NCBI RefSeq assembly: GCF_036321535.1
Contig: NC_087436.1
Span: 70,620,001-70,684,000, forward strand
Origin: Camelus dromedarius
Taxonomy: Eukaryota
Direction of reading: 5' to 3'
Length of the DNA: 64,000 nucleotides
Under the pieces are notes generated by a model. It made no database searches and was not told the origin of the DNA. It saw only the letters and a list, made by a program, of their open reading frames with translations. The position numbers and the translations under genes were made by a program. Every line of letters begins with the position of its first letter. Position 1 is the stretch's first letter. Below, piece by piece: positions 63,931 through 64,000 of the stretch.

Positions 63931-64000
63931 TTCTTTGGGGTAGCATACTAGCGTGTCGTGTAGAAAGACTTGGAGATACTAAGTTCTTACATCAGACTAC

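Noticed and set aside
1..64000. A novel multi-gene, CRISPR-like or defence system
   Set aside because: I found no repeat-spacer array, operon-like ORF cluster or intact transposase, RT or integrase. Everything recognisable is explained by SLC4A4 exons and mammalian repeats.
61726..64000. Next SLC4A4 exon (YHNTTFDW...)
   Set aside because: No matching sequence seen. It presumably lies beyond the window.

Overview
This is mammalian, intron-rich genomic DNA. It contains the middle of SLC4A4, the electrogenic Na+/HCO3- cotransporter NBCe1, on the + strand. Eight GT-AG coding exons (158, 88, 155, 114, 175, 134, 272 and 71 nt) splice phase-compatibly into one 1167-nt, 389-codon open frame. That frame runs from [17 protein letters not shown] to ...[28 protein letters not shown]. 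It corresponds, from recall of the human NBCe1-B gene, to about exons 8-15: the end of the cytoplasmic N-terminal domain, TM1-TM5 and the start of extracellular loop 3. The gene start and end lie outside the window. The rest is intronic and filled with transposon relics: MIR, L2, L3/CR1, old and young L1, MLT1/MLT2/LTR33-like LTRs, hAT MITEs, a solo ERV1-type LTR, and six short tRNA-derived SINEs. The SINEs resemble the camelid Vic-1 type, which suggests a camelid host (inference). I found no evidence of a new multi-gene biological system. The best second-look items are modest: an antisense solo LTR ending 60 nt before an exon acceptor, an inverted SINE pair bracketing four exons, Phe at the position of human disease residue L522, an in-frame alternative acceptor that would delete a glycosylation sequon, and a young L1 with a perfect 18-bp TSD. 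Repeat family names and human residue numbers come from recall and were not computed.
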